This document shows, piece by piece, positions 24,801-36,705 of a stretch of 64,000 nucleotides of DNA (position 1 is its first letter; the number at the start of each line of letters is the position of its first letter). The translations under genes were made by a program, and so were the position numbers. The notes under the pieces were generated by a model. That model made no database searches. It worked only from the letters and a program-made list of their open reading frames with translations, and was not told the DNA's origin. The DNA is from Octopus sinensis (Eukaryota), in contig NC_043019.1 in assembly GCF_006345805.1 (NCBI RefSeq), forward strand, positions 30,255,360 through 30,319,359, given 5' to 3'.

Positions 24801-27800
24801 ACCATGGGATTGCACCGAAAATGTTTCCCTTTTGAGGCACAAGTCCAGGCGAAGGTGTTTATGGAAGACCAGCAGTTGCCCATGCATGCCACTGATGTTG
24901 TCCAAGAAAAAGGCAAAGACTGGTATAGCTTGGCACCAGTGACGCCACAACTCATTTCTACAGCTGAGTGAACTGGAGCAATGTAAAATCAAGTGTTTTG
25001 CTCAAGAATACGACACTCAACCTAGTCTGGGAATCGAACTCACAACCGTAAGCCCGAAGCTCAAACCACTGAGCAATGTACATTCACATAAGACAAGAAC
25101 GACTTGCCGACTGTGATAAGTCAATAAAATAGAAATTAAATTTTAAAATTTATTCTTTTTGTGCAAACTAGTGGTTGGAAGTCCTGCGTTAAAGTGTTCT
25201 ATGTAAAATGAAAAATAATAATAATAATAATACCGACGACGTGAATCGGTAAGCAGGTGACTATGTTTTAATGAAAATCTTAAAGCTTAATTTACCATCA
25301 CCAAAATAAACGCTTGTAAATCAGCGAGAAAGACAAGAGTTACCTCCCTTGCATGTCAAGTAACTTCTCAACTACATGATACGACTACACACACTTTGTG
25401 GTGGTTTGAAGTCAGTCATAGAACTACGCTACCGGACCCAGAATCCGGCTTGGGACCGGTTTTATGGATATAGTTAAAGATATACACTAAAATATAAGAT
25501 AAACTATGAAAAAGTAAAGAACTAAATTAACAGATTCAAATCAAAACACTTGTAAAGCAGGGTCTGTTTGATATTTATTAATCCACTTAAAAGTTCTTAA
25601 AATATACCACACGGGACCATGTATATAGTATGGTTAATCTTTATTAATTTGAGAAGAAGACCCATTGGGTCAAGTAAAATCACAGGCGTGGCAGATACTG
25701 GCATCAAGCAAATGGCATCTATGCCGGTGGCATGTAAAAGCACCCACTACACTCTCAGAGTGGTTGGCGTTAGGAAGAACAATCCAGCCGTAGAAAACCA
25801 TGCCAAATCAGACTGGAGCTTGGCGCAGCCTTCCAATGTGCCAGCCCAGTCAAACCGTCCAACTCATACCAGCATGGACAACAGATGTTAAATGATGATG
25901 ATGATCCACATGAAAAGGTAAAGAATGAAAGTGTCTTTAACTCACTGTATACAAATTAACAAACTTCAAAAACACAGTACATTACACAGTAAGTACTCCT
26001 AGATTTCTGGAAGCCAAAAAAAAGGTCCAGGACTGTATTTATGATAAAAAAAAAAACCATCATCACATCACTGCAGATTGGGTTTTTGAATTATATTGTG
26101 ACATATTCCTTGTAATTAACATCCTTGCAAACCTTCCTTCAGCTGCAGCATTTAAGCTATATTAATGTTTAAACCTTTCCTCTCCCAAAAATTGAATATT
26201 TGACTCCTCCCTCACAATTTATACCTTTGTCTGCATTAAGTAGCAGGAAAAGTCATCAAAGAGACAAGTGAGATGATCATGATGAGCGGATGCCATGAAA
26301 AACAGAGTACTCACCTGTACTTGTGAATACTCCTTCGTTTAACTCGCAATATCTTTCGGCGAAACATTCCATCATTCGGTCTATTTTCTGGGCCTCTCCG
26401 GGTAAGCGAAAACTCCATAGGAACTGCCTGTTATAAATAACAACAACATTAAATATAACAGAGAGAAACATACATGCACAAACACAGATGACAGAGAAAG
26501 AGACACACACACACAGAAGAAAGAGATAGACATAGAAAGAGAGAGTAGCTGGCAGAATCATTAGCATGCCAGGTGAATTGCTTAGCGATATTTTGTCCAT
26601 CGTTACGTTCTGAGTTCAAATTCCGCTGAGGTCGACTTAACTTTCATCCTTTCGGGGTTGATGAAATAAGTACCAGTTATGCATTGAGGGTTGATGTAAT
26701 CAACTAGCCTCCTTCCCCACAAAATTTTCAAGGCCTTGTGCTTAGAGTAGATATTATTATTATTATTGTTATTATTACTACTGTTAGCAGCAGCAGCAGT
26801 ATCAAGCACAATGACTTGTGATATTTCATTACATCTCTTTACATTTTACCTGAGTTCAAATTCTTCTGCTCAAGTTGAATTTATTGTTCATCCTTCTGAG
26901 ATTGATAACAAAGTAGCATCTGAATAATAGGGGAGGGTGAGCCATGTGTCAATGTGGCATTATAATCAATTGTTCCCATTCACAAAATGTCTCCTTATGT
27001 CTCTGCAGATCTGTACTAGGCTCCAGTCTGAGTTGGCTTGGTTTCATTCCAAGATTGCAGTGGGTGCCTTTTACCTGTCACTGGCCACAACTACAATTTC
27101 ACTAAGCTTGACGTATCTTCTCGAGCACAGCAAATCACCAACAGTCTCAGCCACTTGCCATCACCTCTCTGAGACCCGACATTCGAAGACCATGCTTCAC
27201 CACCTCGTCCCATGTCTTAATGAAAAATTGGATAAGCCATCAGTTGAAACCAAGTTTTAGTCAAAAGGAATTTAACAAGAGTTCCCCTATTTATAGGCGT
27301 AGGAGTGGCTGTATGGTAAGTAACTTGCCTACGAACCACATGGTTCCGGGTTCAGTCCCACGGCGTGGCACCTTGGGCAAGTGTCTTCTACTATAGCCTC
27401 AGGCTGACCAAAGCCTTGTGAATGTATTTGGTAGATGGAAACTGAAAGAAGCCCATCGTATATATTTATATATATATGTACATGTGTGTATATGTTTGTG
27501 TTTGGGTTTGTCACCCCAACAATGCTTGACAACTGATGCTGGTGTGTTTACGTCCCTGTAACCTATAGCTATTTAGTGATTAAAAACAAATTTTATCGAT
27601 ACCTCTTTCAAAATCCCTATTTGTTATTCACTCATTCACTTGCATAGGTTGAATTATGTAAAACATTAGAGAAGGAAACCTGGCTGTTTCATGCAACATA
27701 TACATTCAAATCAAAACTTTTCATGGACCCTTGAAATAATAATGTGGATCCCTAATTTATTATTTGGCTAACATGCACCTGCCAAAATCTTATATGGACT

Positions 27801-30800
27801 CCTGAGAGTCAGAGAGACCCTAGTTGAGAACCACTGACCCAACTGAAAGAGGTGAGACAGAAGTAGACTTACCTTAGTGCTTGTACCAGGATCATTTCAG
27901 AAAACTCATGTAAATTCACAAATGCTTTCAAGACAGCAATATTGAAATCATTTCTAGAAACAAATGAAAAAAAAAAAAAATGAATTAAACTTAAATTAAT
28001 AATTATTTAAACATTTATCTTAAATAGGGAGTTAATAAATAAATACTGTTATGTTAGATATTTAAAAAAAATTTTTTCACATCAAGCACAGGATCAGAAT
28101 TGAGCTGAACCTAAATTACAAATGAAGTGTTAAACCATTAACGATGACTAAAATACGTATAATAATTGTATGTGTGTGTCTAAGTGATTTTGTTTAATTT
28201 TTAAGAATTTTTATTTTTTTGCAGAATTCAAACTCTCATCACTAACTAACAAAGCGACAACAATTGAATTCATACATTTGTATGGATGCATGTATGCATG
28301 TGCATTTATGTAGAGGAAAGAAACTTAAAACGGTACCGTTCTCCGAGGTAGTCTCCGATTGCAGTTTTATCCAGTCCATCTCCCTGGAAGAGGAAGCCTG
28401 CCACATCTTCTGGAGTGTTTTGTAAGAGGTCATACTTGATCAAGTATTCAATTCCCTGGATGAAAAAGAGAGATGAGAAACGAGAGTTAGAATGTACATA
28501 CATAGGTTTACTCAGAAATAAAATGTTAATGTAGATACACAGAAAATAAAATCGAGAAACTTCTTATGAATCTTAAACTCTCTGTCTCCTTCTTGACTCC
28601 TAATGTAATTACTGCTATACAAAATGTCCTCAATTAAATACACTAGTAGTAGTAGTATGGGGGAATGCGTTGTAGCAATACGTCACTACAGCCAACATTT
28701 GTTGGCAATTCCCTACTCCTGGCAGATGACGCCTTTGTATCATCCAAGCAATAACCTGCTGATCCTTGGATCTGTTTGGGTAGTAATTGCTGGTGAGGGC
28801 TTTATGAAGTCAGAGCACGAATCCTACCTCAATCTCTTTTAGTCACCTTTAATGACACACAGAGCTAACATTGGGTCTATTCTCTGGCATGCCAATCGCC
28901 ACACAGCACTAGAGCAATGTGGTTTTGCTGAAGAACACAACATGTTGTCTGATCTGTGAACCGAACCCATGATCTGGCAATCGTTGAGTGCAACATCCTA
29001 ACCACTAAGCCATGAACCTTCACTAAAAATACACTCAATAATCTCAATTTGGTTTTTTCAAAAATTTCCTCTTCCCCAACAATATTTTGTAAAATCATAA
29101 TAATACTTATTAGTACAAGTATAATCAATCCTAATGTATATACAATCAACTCGTTACAAATACAGTCAACACCAACAATACATGTACAGTTAATATTGGT
29201 TTTACATTTTGGCACTAGGCCAGTAATTTTAGGTTGGGGATAAGTCCCTTACATCAACCCCAGTGTTCAATTGGTACTTATTTTATTGACCCTGAAAGGA
29301 TAAAAGGCAAAGTCAACGTCAGCGGAATTTGAACTCAGACCATAAAGACAGTTGAAAAGCCACGAAGCGCTGCCTAGCATGCTAACAATTCTGCCAGCTC
29401 GCCGCCTTCAGTAGGCTGGAACATGAAATAAAGTCTCTTGCTCAAGGACACAACACACTGCTGGGTATCAAACTCATGGCCTAACGATCAGGAGCTGAAT
29501 ACCCTAACCACTAAACCATACACCTTCACTATGTACCGTTAATATTACAAGTACCAGTTGAATACTGGGGTTGATGTAATCAACTTACCCCACCCTCCTC
29601 CAAACATGCTGGCATTGGGCCAAAATTTGAAACCAATATTACCACATATACAGTTAATGCAAACATAAGCATATATACAACTGTTCCCCTGTGTATAAGC
29701 ATATACACCTGTTCCTCAGGTGTGTATTTTCAGGGTCACCAGGTGAATTTCTGTTCTTACAATGTACCTACAGGTCATAAACCATAACAGCAAGTTCACC
29801 TTCTGATTTCAGTTAATTAGATCTAATTAGATCTTTCACTGCTTTGATAACAAGACTTGTGACATCACGGGGAATCTATTTGTAGTTTCCTTACAGTCTC
29901 CATATTTGACAAGTAATTTATAATTAGTGGCATCATCGTCTAACATCTGCCTCCCATGCAGGCATGGGTTTGATGGTTTAACAGGAGCTGGTAAGCCAGA
30001 GGATCACACGAAGCTCTACTATGACATAGTTTTCAAGAAGAGCTGGATGCCCTTTCTAACATCAACCACTTTACAGAATCTACTGGGTGCTCTTTGTGTA
30101 GTACTGGCACAAGATCCCTCAACAGAGTGGATAAATATTGAGGGAGGTGGCTTTGTGTCAGGTGACGAGAGAATAAAGTATGATAGAGTGACAGAAAAAG
30201 GTGTCTTGATGTAGAGGAGATACACGGCTATCCTAGTTGGAAAAGAGGAGAGAGAAGGCTAACACAAAGTCACTGTGTGACTGATACCAACTGACGCAAA
30301 GTGTTAGGCGAGAAATACATGCTCACACAGTCATAGATATTACCTAATTACAGGTAAACTTAGCTACTGGTAGTAAACTGTCTTGGTCAAGCCCTGTTGA
30401 CGTTAGTGTCTTTGGTCATGGATGGATAAAAGTACATTAGACAATACTGCATTACCTACTTATAGTCAGGTGGACTGGGTTGTTGGCAACTAAGTGTCTG
30501 GGTTATGAATACAATATTTTCCAGCTATTGTCATGAGGCTTTTTCAGAGCTGGATTTTCTATGGGGAGCATGCCCTTGCTTACCCCCAACCTCAGTTTCT
30601 AGACGTGAGTGGTCCCGAGACCAAGGCCTCTACCACGATTTTTAAGAAATGTGGTGGGAAGCTACTCCTTGGGACCCTTTTTGGAGCCCCCTGCCCACAG
30701 ATGGAAAAATTTTTCAGATAGCCAAAACCAGTAGGTCAACTGATACACCAAAATGACAATAGAGAACCAGAGATTCTCCATGCAATGCTGCAGGATTTGG

Positions 30801-31306
30801 ACTTGTTTACAAATAGGAAAATACAGTATACGACACTGTAGTACTTACATACTTAAGTTATGTGGTTTCTGGTAAGAAGGGCAAAACATGCAACTGCAAA
30901 ACAAGGTTCTAGCACTCCCTACTTCCAAGAAGAGTAGTAAATGGAGTAGTAGAACATCATAGAGCTGTAGAAATACTTGCTCAATGATATCATCTTACTA
31001 AAGATAGGACGGAATTATCAACTATCATGTTTAACATCATCACCACTGGATCCTTGGATGCCTTTAGCAAAGTCCAGACTATTACAAGCATTCAGAGCAG
31101 GTCACCAGACCATGGACACTAAAAGTTTTCTTGAAACCAGTTTCTGGGGCCTTGCAAAAAGAACATGTACACTGCCTTCCTCTTCAGACTAAATCATATA
31201 TGTTTTTAGTGGGCGTAAATCAAACTAAATAAAACTTACCTTCTTGGGATCCATGTTGAATTTCTTCTTCCCCATAGACATCTGTTTGGTCTTCGGATTA
31301 TTTTTA
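1873..31306 (-). CDS. CYTH: Cytohesin (Sec7-PH ARF guanine-nucleotide exchange factor), partial gene: 9 coding exons, 5' and 3' ends not in view
   Basis: join(complement 31240-31306, 28337-28455, 27873-27953, 26315-26427, 8451-8599, 5643-5754, 4959-5035, 3202-3358, 1873-1942) reads as one open frame with GT-AG introns. It contains the Sec7 motif [12 protein letters not shown] and the PH signature [20 protein letters not shown]. Paralog number cannot be assigned. Confidence 0.97.
2140..2430 (+). mobile_element. Degenerate RTE-clade LINE fragment (C-terminal part of RT ORF)
   Basis: Plus strand reads ...HETW... and ...[18 protein letters not shown]..., resembling the RTE QLRW.GH..RM motif; stops and frameshifts. 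Confidence 0.5.
3202..3358 (-). CDS. CYTH: Cytohesin PH exon ([52 protein letters not shown]), 157 nt
   Basis: [12 protein letters not shown] and IIKACK motifs; acceptor attttacag, donor AAG|gtaaga. Confidence 0.97.
3809..4879 (-). mobile_element. Internally deleted piggyBac-type DNA transposon (1071 bp) with N-terminal transposase remnant
   Basis: TTAA at 3805-3808 and 4880-4883; TIR CCCTTTC(G/A)TTACCA; ORF 4104-4511 has [15 protein letters not shown] and [18 protein letters not shown], matching PGBD-type transposase; DDD core absent. Confidence 0.88.
4959..5035 (-). CDS. CYTH: Cytohesin PH exon ([26 protein letters not shown]), 77 nt
   Basis: Acceptor ttttctttcctgtttag, donor ACT|gtaagt. 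Confidence 0.97.
5643..5754 (-). CDS. CYTH: Cytohesin Sec7 end, linker and PH start ([37 protein letters not shown]), 112 nt
   Basis: Acceptor cttacag, donor AAG|gtaagc. Confidence 0.97.
6818..7006. mobile_element. piggyBac-type MITE, family P2 (other copies ~9837-10004, ~20030-20240, ~46208-46310, 60139-60765, and a terminus at 1-20)
   Basis: TTAA|CCCTTTAGCATT...AATGCTAAAGAG|TTAA. Confidence 0.82.
7936..8147. mobile_element. Tc1/pogo (Tigger-like) MITE
   Basis: Termini CAGCAATCCTTCG...CGAGGGATTACTG followed by TA. Confidence 0.65.
8248..8335 (-). other. Candidate cryptic 88-nt cassette exon of cytohesin
   Basis: CTAAC branch-like site at 8376-8380, long T tract and TAG acceptor (8336-8338); donor GGT|gtgagta; unique sequence. 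Confidence 0.45.
8451..8599 (-). CDS. CYTH: Cytohesin Sec7 exon ([50 protein letters not shown]), 149 nt
   Basis: [16 protein letters not shown] motif; acceptor ccttttccag, donor ACG|gtatgt; preceded by a ~17.7-kb intron. Confidence 0.98.
10672..10950 (+). mobile_element. tRNA-derived SINE, family C (other copies 14170-14425 -, 23488-23810 +, 24790-25085 -, 39062-39412 -, 42535-42770 -, 52745-53050 +, 56420-56690 +)
   Basis: Shared core GTGTTCTTGAGCAAGAC...TTGCTCCAGT(T/C)CACTCA in many dispersed copies. Confidence 0.8.
14686..15080 (+). mobile_element. Degenerate hAT (Buster/Charlie/SPIN-type) transposase fragment
   Basis: Fragments read CMIHQEAL (HC..H.EAL motif), VIKIINFIK and [19 protein letters not shown]; frameshifted. 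Confidence 0.72.
15171..15387. mobile_element. Mariner-like MITE
   Basis: TA|CAAGGGGGTGCTGAAAAGTT...AACTTTTCGGCATCACCTCA|TA. Confidence 0.7.
19015..19745. repeat. Mixed microsatellite cluster: (GT)n, (GA)n, (GATA)n, (GGT)n, (GACT)n, (CCA)n
   Basis: Direct reading. Confidence 0.9.
20560..20828 (+). mobile_element. 5'-truncated RTE-clade LINE 3' end with (TAA)n tail
   Basis: Open frame [28 protein letters not shown]...[19 protein letters not shown] followed directly by (TAA)n. Confidence 0.8.
21250..22260. repeat. ~1-kb compound (TG)n/(TA)n/(ATAC)n microsatellite with a 24-bp higher-order unit
   Basis: CATATACATACATACATATATATA repeated ~21344-21590; near-strict purine/pyrimidine alternation. 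Confidence 0.97.
22598..22989 (-). mobile_element. SINE family A copy
   Basis: Reverse complement of the 48099 copy; inserted in (AT)n. Confidence 0.9.
26315..26427 (-). CDS. CYTH: Cytohesin Sec7 catalytic exon ([37 protein letters not shown]), 113 nt
   Basis: Glutamic-finger motif [12 protein letters not shown]; acceptor ataacag, donor CAG|gtgagt. Confidence 0.98.
27873..27953 (-). CDS. CYTH: Cytohesin Sec7 exon ([27 protein letters not shown]), 81 nt
   Basis: Acceptor tttgtttctag, donor AG|gtaagt. Confidence 0.96.
28337..28455 (-). CDS. CYTH: Cytohesin Sec7 exon ([40 protein letters not shown]), 119 nt
   Basis: Acceptor ttcatccag, donor CG|gtaccg; [13 protein letters not shown] motif. 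Confidence 0.97.
31240..31306 (-). CDS. CYTH: Cytohesin exon, start of Sec7 ([22 protein letters not shown]), 67 nt, entry phase 2
   Basis: Acceptor ttttatttcag, donor AAG|gtaagt; [12 protein letters not shown] motif. Confidence 0.96.
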
Positions 31307-32806
31307 CTGAAATAAAATAGAAATAGAAATATAATAATAATAATAATAAAGCCAAAAAAAAAAGACATAGTAATTTTAAAAATACAGATTATTTACGGAA
31401 ATAATTACTTTTGGTTGAAAATAGATTCTCAAATTGTGCTTCATGGCTGAATGGATAAAATTATGTGGTGTTGTATATTTATTCCAAATATGAGAACCAC
31501 ATTGTTGCTATTGTTGTTTAGCTCCCAGTCAGGCCCCTAATCTAGAATGCCATTAATTAAATGTGTTCCATTTGTGCTCATCCAGTGTTTTATTCAGTCA
31601 TAGCATATCTCTAGTATTACATTATTTAATGCCATTCACTTTTTTGTTTGTCTTTACATCATTTAATGTACTTTCAAATCGAAAAGTGCTTTGTCTATGA
31701 CCATCCCAATTTCATTCTAAGTGCATCTGTGACTAAATTATTTAATGTTCTTCCTTTGTTTCTGTAAGAAAGACAGAGGGTTCAATTTGAGTAAGCTTTG
31801 GCTACTGTTTCTAACCGATTTAGCAACCATGTACAGGCTCCTCTCATTGGAGAGATCAACAACTAATACAGAGATTCCCTCAAGATGGCAGCCAGGCAGA
31901 ATTGTTAGTGTGCCGGGCAAAATGCTTAGCAGCATTTTGTCTGTCTTTACGTTCTGAGTTCAAATTCCACCAAGGTCCACTTTGCCGTTCATCCTTTCAG
32001 GAGTGATAAAATAAGTACCAGTTGAGCACTGGGGATAATGTAATTGACTTAGCCACTCGCCTGAATGTTCTGGCTGTGAGCCAAAAATTTCAGACCAATA
32101 TATAGATTCCTCTCATAAGCTTTTATCTATTTAAGTAGTTGATTTGAGGAAGAGATGGATACAACTCGTTTTTAAATTCAGAGATGATTGGATGAGAGAA
32201 ATACAAGTATTTCTTGAAGAAAATCGTAAAAACGAGAGTAGGAGACAATTGTAATAACAACATAAGTGGTTTGATGGACTAAGAAATGAGGTGGAGGAAA
32301 CAAACAATTATATGATTATAACAAACTACAGACAAATCTGTTTGACATGAGGACATTACTTCCATGTTGAGCTGACAGTCAAATTGCAAGAATATGTATA
32401 GACATTGAGGTAAAGAGTAAAAAAAGAGGGGGAAAATGTATATCGCTATATACATATAGGATAGGTTATAGAAATAGAGCAAACAGAACTCAATACTTAA
32501 TGTAGAGTATAAATAATTTACATTTCATGAGGACAGGTGTTCTCTGAAAAAACTCTTAGACCTTAGGTCACTGATGTAGCTGTCCAGCTACAAATAAAAT
32601 GGTGTGTGTGTGAGAGAGTGAGTGAGAGAGAGAGAGAGATTCTGATTTGGTAAGCTTGTTAGTCCACAATCGAGAAAGAACTTGATATTGATCTCAATTC
32701 TCTCAGCAAAGCAAACGTTTGATTTGCTGTTTATGTATCATCATCATTTAACGCCGCTTTCCATGCTGGCATGGGTTGGACAGTTTGACAGGATCTGACA
32801 AGTAGA

Positions 32807-33039
32807 AGGCGGTGAGCTGGTAGAATCGTTAGCACACCGGGCGAAATGCTTAGCAGTATTTCGTCTGCCGTTAGGTTCTGAGTTCAAATTCAGCCAAGGT
32901 CAACTTTGCCTTTCATCCTTTCGGGGTTGATAAATTAAGTACCAGTTACGCAATGGGGGTCATAGTAATCGACTTAATACCTTTATCTGTCCTTGTTTGT
33001 CCCTTCTATGTTTAGCCCCTTGAGGGCAATAAAGAAATA
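32807..33039 (+). mobile_element. tRNA-derived SINE, family B, with 17-bp TSD (other copies ~2470-2790 -, 26543-26748 +, 29200-29408 -, 31885-32093 +, 61150-61300 -)
   Basis: TSD AGGATCTGACAAGTAGA at 32790-32806 and 33040-33056; the core GTCAACTTTGCCTTTCATCCTTTCGGGGTTGATAAATTAAGTACC resembles the Nin/Deu-type SINE core as I recall it. Confidence 0.9.
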
Positions 33040-33264
33040 AGGATCTGACAAGTAGATGGACCAGGTTATGCTCCTTTGTCTATCGCTGTTTTGGCATGGT
33101 TTTTAAAGCACCCTCTCTCACACAAATAGGTGTACAAACAATAGCAAAAAAGCTCAAAAAAAGTAGTAGGACTGTAAAGGGTCTTATCTTAGTAATTTAA
33201 ATAAAAAAATACAAACAAACAAAAAAAACATTTAGCAATGACGGAATGAACTGTCAACATTGAC

Positions 33265-33480
33265 GTGTATGTGATTAGAATGCCGTAGAAAAGTATCAGA
33301 AGAGAGTCTTCTAGTTGGGTCAACCAGTAGGAATCCTAGGGGTAGAACAAGAATGAAATGGCAGGGTAATATCCCTAGTTTCAGTTGGTTACCCCTTAGG
33401 AATCCATCCAAAGAGTGTTGTGAGGCTTGCTTTTTATTGGACCCTACCTCTGCAACCCTCTCAAGAATAGAGAGTGAGAA
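33265..33480 (+). mobile_element. Degenerate RTE LINE 3' fragment
   Basis: Fragments read VIRMP and RNPRGRTRMKW, similar to the RTE C-terminal RPRGRP..RW motif. Confidence 0.45.
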
Positions 33481-33778
33481 GATGGCTATAATGTATAAAA
33501 GATAAGTCAATGCATTTAATATATGTTTTGCACAACAGATGAAAATAGAGTTTCATCTCTAACACAAAATTTTTCCTCAATGTGTGTGTGTGTGTGCATG
33601 TTTGCGTAATCAAAGTTAACACCCTTGGTCATTACTCTGAGTAACAACACTATTTGCTGCCAGCTGGACTCGAAAGTTTCTCAGTGGCCCAGATTGAACC
33701 CAAAAGCAATACATTATCTGTTCTTACACTAAACAGACCAACTACCAGTTATATCTGATTAGATAGAGAAATACTCAC

Positions 33779-33831
33779 TATATTGCATTACCAAACTTCA
33801 ATTCTAAGTCCTGTTCCAGAAGCAGAGCCAT
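33779..33831 (-). CDS. Candidate alternative first coding exon (MALLLEQDLELKFGNAI + TA, phase 2)
   Basis: ggcATGG start context, in-frame TAG upstream, donor ATA|gtgagta, phase matches exon 31306. Confidence 0.45.
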
Positions 33832-35118
33832 GCCAAAGTGTTGATATGAAAGGGGGGACTATTTTAGTGAGCACATACACTGTATCTGACAGTTAGGACT
33901 TGAAACATGAGGACAGGGTGCAGCTATGGTGTCATTTTACAGTAAATTGAAAACATTTCGGTGATTGGTGGCCTAGCGTTTTGAAGCGGAATTAAGAGCA
34001 GATTAAAGAGAAATTGGAACAAGAAACGCACCCTTTTCAGTAGGATTTCATAAACAAATCAGTAGCACATGTTTACAAACTTAAGTTAAACACCATTCCA
34101 AAATATTATTAATTAATATTAATTGATGTACATGCAGGGATGGTTTCGGTTTCAGTCCCATTGTATTGCACCTTGAAGAAGTGTTTTTTTTTACTATAGC
34201 CCACCACAGCCAACCAATACCTTGAAAGTGGATTTGGTAAATGAAAACTGTGTGGATACCCATTGTATACATTATATATGTTTGTCTTTGAGTGTGTCTT
34301 CCACCACCGCATGACAAACTGTTGGTTTGTTTACATCCATGTAACTTAGGAGTTGGCAAAAGAGACTGACAGAAGTACCACACTTAAAAATTAGAACAAG
34401 GGTTGATTTGTTTGGCTAATCCCTTCAAATGATGCAGGCCCATGATGGAATCAAGTAAAAGATTGAAAATATATTTCTTTTAGTAGAGTATATGTAGAAA
34501 TATTTCATCCTCATTTTCATGAAACATTATTTAATTCTGTTAAACCAAAGATTTTGTCAGTTCTACTCACAATATTGTTGTTTAGCCACAGGTGGTACTG
34601 AATTGACCTATGGTCAAAAATGACTATCCCATCCCTTCTTTATCCCAGTATATCTAGGACTATTCATTGTTAAAATGGTAGAAGTGTGTGAAGGATATTT
34701 GACAGCTGTTTCTAAAAGACTTAGTGACCCTCCACAGCCCAGAGTGAATACAATTATCAGTTAAGTTCAGTGAATGAATACATTTTCAATCTGACCAAAG
34801 ACCAATCGTTTTGACATTCAGATAACAAAGGAAACAAAGGCTAAAGAAATACTATAAAGTTAACTAGGCTTTGTTTGGTAAGCTAGAATTAACATAGTTA
34901 ATGCAGGGAGCAATATATTTGTCTATTAAAGTAATCTTTTATCTTTTACTTGTCTCAGTCATTAGAGAGCGGCCATGCTGGGGCACTGCCTTGAAGAAGA
35001 TTAATCAACGAATCCACCCCAGTACTTATTCTATTAGTCTCTTTTGTCGAACTAAGAGGGACATAAATATACCAGCACCAGTTATCAAATGTGACAGGGG
35101 ACAAACACAGGCACAAAG

Positions 35119-35165
<47 letters not shown>

Positions 35166-36662
35166 ATGGGCTTCTTTCAGTTTTTGTCTACCAAATCCAC
35201 TCACAAAGCTTTGGTCAGCCCAAGGCAATAGAAGACACTTGCCCAGGGTGCCATCCAGTGGAACTGAGCCTGGAACCATGAGGTTGAGAAGCAAACTTCT
35301 TACCACACAGCTATGCCTGGTGAGCAATTACTTAATACTTTAACTAGATTAAAGGATAAATACAGTCACAAGGCAATTAATTGAAAGTAATATCTCTGAA
35401 ATTTCAATTAATTAAAAATTTAATGCACTCACGCAGTGAAAGGGGGAAAAGATTGGCACAAAGAATAAAATTAAATTTGATGATGTAATGAAAATTTAGA
35501 AGCTTTGAGATGAACATGAGAAATACCTCATGGAATGATGACTGCGCCCTTTGGCAAGGCAAGGCAAAGAAACCTGTTAAGCCATCCTGCCAGAGATATG
35601 GTGAAGTCATGGGACTGCAGTATGCCAAATTGTGAAGAGGTAGAGGAAGAGCTCAAACTGAGCCAATGGTGCTTCTTACGGTGATGCTGAGCGGAGGAAT
35701 CTTAGAGGATTGACCAAGCTCTATTAAGAGAGTAATTGCAACACATCCACAGAGTTAGCGTCCATGGTTGTGCAATCAGCTAATGAAAGGTTCATTGGAA
35801 CTTAAGCTCTCAATTCAAATATGAATAATAGAATTGGGGGGTGACGAAGAAACACAGGAATCTGAGCAAGTGGCGCAGCTGGATGAAGATGGTTTTGAAA
35901 CAGTGATTTATTTGGAACTTTGAGACTTGAAGTAGATAAAGCTATAAATAATAGTATGTGAATACCGTGTTAAAAAAAACAAAAAAAACCCTTTGAATAT
36001 AAAGAGAGGCAAAGGTTGCCCCTGGAACTTGAACCCACATCTCCTGCAATCCTTCAAATTTCTCCATTTTAGAAGTGTTATTCTTATCAGTGAGAATTAT
36101 TGATGTCATAAGAATTTAGAAACCGAGATGAATGTGAAATAATTTTTTTTCTGGAACATTGAAACTAGAATCAGCTGAAATAATAGTACATTATTTGGAT
36201 AGAAAAGTTGAAGATTGTACACACGATCAAAACTAGGCATGTTTCACTCTTATTAAACCTCCTTAGTGGAGGACTAATAGAGAATGATGAAGGAATCACT
36301 ATGAGGATATGCATACAAGAGTTAGCATGACAATGTAGTAATTGAGAGAAGTTACCTAGAGAAGCCATCTGTATAGAAAACAATAATTAAGTCAGAGTAG
36401 ATATACTAAATTCAATGAGGTAAAAAGTTTTGGGACAGATATTACATATTATAAACACTTGCAGAGATAGAAAAACAAAAACAATTATGTAACTATTATA
36501 CTTCAACTTAGTGTTTACAAGATCAATTTTACTTACATAAGAACCTCATCAGGTAATCTAAGATGGGAGGTTGTAATTTAAATATAAACTCTTTGAAACA
36601 ACAGGTAACCTCAAGTGTATTGGTATCAAAAAGGTTAAACATTAGCCTGTCAAGTTATTAAA

Positions 36663-36704
<42 letters not shown>

Positions 36705-36705
<1 letters not shown>

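Noticed and set aside
26543-26640. tRNA-like sequences with A/B boxes
   Set aside because: They run straight into SINE bodies and do not form complete cloverleaves; no true tRNA gene was seen.
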